Source: an uncultured Eubacteriales bacterium (lineage in GTDB: Bacteria; Bacillota; Clostridia; Oscillospirales; CAG-272). Taken from it: a stretch of DNA of 64,000 nt. Location of the stretch: assembly GCA_934489945.1 (NCBI GenBank), contig CAKSSY010000001.1, positions 12,044 through 76,043 on the forward strand. Direction: 5' to 3'. The notes beneath the pieces were generated by a model, which saw nothing but the letters and a program-made list of their open reading frames with translations, was not told where the DNA came from and ran no database searches. The translations under genes were made by a program, and so were the position numbers. Below are positions 60,246 to 64,000 of the stretch, piece by piece (the first letter of the stretch is position 1; each line of letters starts with the position of its first letter).

Positions 60246-63200
60246 ATGAAAAATATGAAAAAATTAATATCGTTGCTCTTGACTGTATGTTTTCTTCTCG
60301 GGGCAAGCACGGGAATTCTTTCAATCGGAGCCTCGGCAACGACTACAACGTCTGCCACACCGGATCAAAAAGATCCGATTGACCTTTCCGCAATCGATTA
60401 TACCAAAGAGGTTTATTATACCGCGGAAGAAAAACTGGCAACGATGTCGATGGCGTTTGAAAAGGGCGACTATCAGTTGTGGGTCAATTCCTACACCGGC
60501 GAGGTTGCTACAGTCAATACCAAGACGGGAGAAACACTGTTCTCCAATCCTTATGATGTCGGCTTGAGTAAGGCTGTTACAACCACCAAAAACGAAATTC
60601 TCTCGCAGATCATTATCGGATATACCGGCAATGATTCTACTATGACCAATACGTTCAACAGTTACAATGATGCCGTGTTGAACGATCAAATTAAGGTTAA
60701 GAATATTAAAAACGGCATTCGCATTGAGTATACGATCGGTCGTGAGGAAACCAATTACTTGGTCCCAAGACTGATTACCGCGGAACGCTTTGAAGAATTC
60801 TTCGGTGCGACGATGCGTGAGGCAATGAAGGAAGAGGGAAAAGAATGGTATTATGAAAAGCGTTTTTTGACCTTCTACACACTTCGTGACCCCGCTGAGT
60901 TTGCGGATTCTCAGAGAAAGCTGGCGGAGTTGTATAAGGAAATTCCGATCACCGAAAAGATCGGTGCTGTATATCAGATCAATGAAGAGATTACGGCGGC
61001 AGAGTTGATGCAGCTTGAGGAATACATCAAGACCTATGTTCCCGCGTATACCTATGAGGAACAGGATTTTGACCATGAAAAAACCGAGTATGTCAATGAA
61101 GATCAGAATCCCGCAGTGTTTAAGCTCGCTCTTGAATACACGCTTGACAACCTCGGAATGAAGGTGACACTTCCTGCAAACGGTATTCGCTTTGATGAAT
61201 CGCTTTACAAACTTTCCTATATCACGATTTTGCCTTATATGGGTGCGGGAACTTACAGCGAAACCCGTCCGAACACCGGATATACTTTTCTCCCGGATGG
61301 AGCGGGCGCAATCTTCCGTTTTGAAGATCTTGGCGGCGGCGGAACTGTCAGCGGTCAGGTTTACGGTCAGGACTATGCTTATCACAACATCAGCGGAAAG
61401 TACCAGGAAGTATTCCGTATGCCTGTATATGGAATTGTTCGCAACAATGAGTATGTCTATGTGAAAAATCCTGTGACGGGTGCTTATGTGTTGGAGAAGC
61501 AAGAGAACCCGACCAGTAGCGGTTTCTTTGCAATTATTGAAGAAGGAGACGCACTTGCTACGATTCGTTCCTTCCACATGGGCAATACGGCTGAGTATCA
61601 TACCACGCAGGTCAGCGTGAATCCGAGACCTTCCGACTCATATAATATTGCGGATTCCATTTCTGTCGGCAATAACTCGTCGTGGACGGTTGTTTCGGAC
61701 AGAAAATACGTTGGGAATTACACCATTCGTTATATTATGCTGACGGACGATGCGGTTGCCGCGGAAAAAGGAATTACCGACTATTATCCGACTACGTATT
61801 TCGGTATGGCGATGGCATATCAGAATTATTTGACATCCCCCTATTCTACCGGTACGCAGAATGAAACCCCGGACAAACAGACCTCGGTTCTGAAAAGAAT
61901 GGAGGACAGCGAACTTGAATCCACGATTCCGCTGTATATTGAAACGTTCGGAACGATTCAGACCGTTGAAAAAATCCTTTCCGTTCCTGTCAATGTCATG
62001 GCTCCTCTGACAACTTTTGAGGATATTATGACGATGTATGATGAGCTTGCGGAATACGGAAATATCACCAATATCAATTTCAAACTCACGGGTTACGCGA
62101 ATGGTGGTATGTATTCTACGGTTCCGTACGGACTGAAGTGGGAGAGTGCAGTCGGCGGCAAGAAAGGCTTCCGGAAGTTGCTTGAATATGCTGCCGAGAT
62201 TAACGGCGGATCAACGACTGACGGAAAAGCACTCGGTATCTTCCCGGATTTCGATTTTGCGTATGTCAACAGTCTTTCTGCGTTTGATGGCTTTTCTTTC
62301 CGGAGAGATGCGGTGAAAACCATAGATGACCGTTACAGCACCAAACGCGTTTATTCCTCTACTTATCAGACCAGCGAAGGATTTGGAAACCTGTTGATCT
62401 CTCCTGCATATTTCAGCAGATTCTATGAAAAACTTACCAAAAACTATTTGAAGTATGTGGATGAGAAGAAGGGGATTTCCGGATTGAATATTTCTGTTGC
62501 CACGCTCGGTTCCGATCTTAACTCCGATTTTGATGAGAAAGAACCCTATAACCGTGAGGACAGCAAGAATTTCACCATTGAAGCCCTCAAGTATCTCTCG
62601 GATCATTACAACAAGGTCATGGTGCAGGGTGGAAACGTGTACACATGGCAATATGCAGATTATATTGTCGGACTTTCGATTGACTCAAGCCGTTATCTGA
62701 TGGCAAGTAATACTATTCCGTTTGCCGGAATCGTACTTCACGGCTATATGCAATACACAGGAACGGCAATCAATGAGGAAGGTAACATCCGTTATGGTAT
62801 TCTTAAAGCAATCGAAAGCGGTTCCTCTCTTTACTTTATCCTGACATATCAGAATGCCACCAAGTTGAAGGAAGATTACCTTCTCAGTCAGAACTACTCG
62901 GTCAGATATGATATTTGGGCAGGTAGCAAGGATGAAGAGGGCGTGTTCAAAACGGGCGAACTGATTGAGTTGTATAATCAGTTGAATGATGCACTCGCCG
63001 ACGTACAGAACAAAAAAATTATCGGACACAAACTTCTTGACGGATGGCGTGTTCCCGATGCGGATGAGCTGATTGCCGATGCCGAGGCGGAAAAGGCAGA
63101 GGAACTTCGCATGGAGGAAGAAAAGAAAGCGGCTGAGGAAGCAAGGCTTCGCAGTGAACATCTTGAGGCAAGAGTCTCTGTCGTGAAAAATGCAGAAACG

Positions 63201-63848
63201 GCTCGTAATACTGCTAAGCAGAGACTTGCCGGCGTTCAGATTGAAACAATCCTGAAGAGTCTGCAGACAGCATTGGATAAAATAGAAACGGCAAAGGAAG
63301 CCATCAAGAATGCAGCGGAAGGTGATGATATTACCGCATTTGAAAAATCTATCGCCGATGCTGAACTTTCAATTCACTCTTTGTATAATACCAATGTAAT
63401 GGTGGCGTATAACGAAATTGTAAATGCCAAAAAGACGGTTGACGACAAGGTTCGTTTGCTGAATGAATCCATTGAGTTTTTCAAGGCTGACGGAAGTTAT
63501 GACAAAGACTTCATCTCAGAGGTTGAGGTCAATGTTGAGCCTGTTCGGAAAATTGCCGAGGAAGTGGACGAAATTATGGCAACCATTACCGATTATCGCA
63601 ATCAGGTTATTGCCGCGGCAAACGGTATGATTGTTGTGGAGGAAGAAGTAGAAGAAAAACCCGAGGAAAAGGGTATGCCGGAAAAATACAGAGTGAATGA
63701 CGGATCAATTGTCTCTGTGGTATACGGCGAAGTTGGTTCTCCCTACAAGACATTCCTGCTGAATTACAATTACTTTGCCATTACTGTGGAGTATGAGGGA
63801 ACCACTTATGAAATCGGTGCGTACGGATACGTCGTACTGGATCACTGA
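60246..63848 (+). CDS. 1200-aa secreted protein, DUF5696-like (name from memory) with a C-terminal coiled coil and small beta domain
   Basis: Signal peptide MKNMKKLISLLLTVCFLLGASTGILSIGASA. Central LPDGAGAIFRFEDLG..MPVYGIV..GFFAIIEEGDALATI. Residues ~930-1130 are heptad-like and Ala/Glu/Lys rich (EAEKAEELRMEEEKKAAEEARLRSEHLEARV...). Confidence 0.6.
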   Translation: MKNMKKLISLLLTVCFLLGASTGILSIGASATTTTSATPDQKDPIDLSAIDYTKEVYYTAEEKLATMSMAFEKGDYQLWVNSYTGEVATVNTKTGETLFSNPYDVGLSKAVTTTKNEILSQIIIGYTGNDSTMTNTFNSYNDAVLNDQIKVKNIKNGIRIEYTIGREETNYLVPRLITAERFEEFFGATMREAMKEEGKEWYYEKRFLTFYTLRDPAEFADSQRKLAELYKEIPITEKIGAVYQINEEITAAELMQLEEYIKTYVPAYTYEEQDFDHEKTEYVNEDQNPAVFKLALEYTLDNLGMKVTLPANGIRFDESLYKLSYITILPYMGAGTYSETRPNTGYTFLPDGAGAIFRFEDLGGGGTVSGQVYGQDYAYHNISGKYQEVFRMPVYGIVRNNEYVYVKNPVTGAYVLEKQENPTSSGFFAIIEEGDALATIRSFHMGNTAEYHTTQVSVNPRPSDSYNIADSISVGNNSSWTVVSDRKYVGNYTIRYIMLTDDAVAAEKGITDYYPTTYFGMAMAYQNYLTSPYSTGTQNETPDKQTSVLKRMEDSELESTIPLYIETFGTIQTVEKILSVPVNVMAPLTTFEDIMTMYDELAEYGNITNINFKLTGYANGGMYSTVPYGLKWESAVGGKKGFRKLLEYAAEINGGSTTDGKALGIFPDFDFAYVNSLSAFDGFSFRRDAVKTIDDRYSTKRVYSSTYQTSEGFGNLLISPAYFSRFYEKLTKNYLKYVDEKKGISGLNISVATLGSDLNSDFDEKEPYNREDSKNFTIEALKYLSDHYNKVMVQGGNVYTWQYADYIVGLSIDSSRYLMASNTIPFAGIVLHGYMQYTGTAINEEGNIRYGILKAIESGSSLYFILTYQNATKLKEDYLLSQNYSVRYDIWAGSKDEEGVFKTGELIELYNQLNDALADVQNKKIIGHKLLDGWRVPDADELIADAEAEKAEELRMEEEKKAAEEARLRSEHLEARVSVVKNAETARNTAKQRLAGVQIETILKSLQTALDKIETAKEAIKNAAEGDDITAFEKSIADAELSIHSLYNTNVMVAYNEIVNAKKTVDDKVRLLNESIEFFKADGSYDKDFISEVEVNVEPVRKIAEEVDEIMATITDYRNQVIAAANGMIVVEEEVEEKPEEKGMPEKYRVNDGSIVSVVYGEVGSPYKTFLLNYNYFAITVEYEGTTYEIGAYGYVVLDH

Positions 63849-63869
63849 GGAAAGGGAGGTGCATAATTC

Positions 63870-64000
63870 ATGACTAATACAAAGAGTATTCCCGGTAAGT
63901 CCGGGAATGAAAAATCCGCGCCGAAAAAAAGAAGAAAAATCGCCTCTCTTGACAGAAGAAAGGCTCGTGCCGGATGGTTTTTCGTTCTTCCGTTCGTAGT
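63870..64000 (+). CDS. ABC transporter permease-like protein, N-terminal fragment (continues beyond window)
   Basis: AAAGGGAGGTG RBS. MTNTKSIPGKSGNEKSAPKKRRKIASLDRRKARAGWFFVLPFV resembles the cytoplasmic N-tail plus first TM segment of MalF-type permeases. Confidence 0.5.
   Translation, partial: MTNTKSIPGKSGNEKSAPKKRRKIASLDRRKARAGWFFVLPFV

Overview
This window looks like a chromosomal segment of a Bacillota (Clostridia-like) genome. Hand counts of a few 60-nt lines give roughly 50-55% GC over most of it. Genes are tightly packed, with strong RBSs and sporulation-associated genes.

Most of the window is housekeeping:
- priA (partial)-rpoZ-gmk-remA-yloC, then efp
- a WecA/TagO-like GT4 transferase and a class-I aminotransferase
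- tRNA-Met/Glu, rnfCDGEAB, and an Fe/B12-type ABC importer with a DUF1893-like gene
- tRNA-Thr/Tyr and two convergent radical-SAM genes
- a G1P-dehydrogenase-like gene, cinA and pfkA
- a small glycan patch: serine hydrolase, AraC regulator, esterase, GH2 beta-galactosidase
- a ttcA-like gene, a tRNA m6A methyltransferase, ferredoxin, ricT-holB-rsmI, an amidase and ligA
- hpf, flavodoxin, tRNA-Lys, rpsF-ssb-rpsR, potABCD, an M50 protease and nifS-nifU

The best candidate for an undescribed system is the last 11.5 kb (about 52.3-64 kb). It is a visibly lower-GC, single-strand operon behind a 720-bp AT-rich gap. It encodes:
- a 1213-aa solute-binding protein carrying a 690-aa N-terminal extension
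- two CUT1-type permeases
- a secreted NHL-propeller/TPR protein fused to a Yip1-type membrane domain
- a 1200-aa secreted DUF5696-like protein with a long coiled coil
- the start of a further permease
No ATPase gene lies within the window.

Other observations:
- a four-hairpin, roughly 200-bp non-coding repeat, present as two inverted full copies plus one partial copy, with hairpin loops flipped between copies
- a decayed trpS fragment fused in frame to the GT4 ORF
- a FliB/YkgJ-like gene whose conserved N-terminus has no canonical start codon
- a 53-aa Gln/Asn-rich micro-ORF built from 9-nt repeats
- several architectural oddities

No CRISPR array, rRNA, transposase, integrase or obvious defence or toxin genes were seen. 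Family names are from memory of motifs, not searches. Hand-placed small features are accurate to about +/-2 nt.
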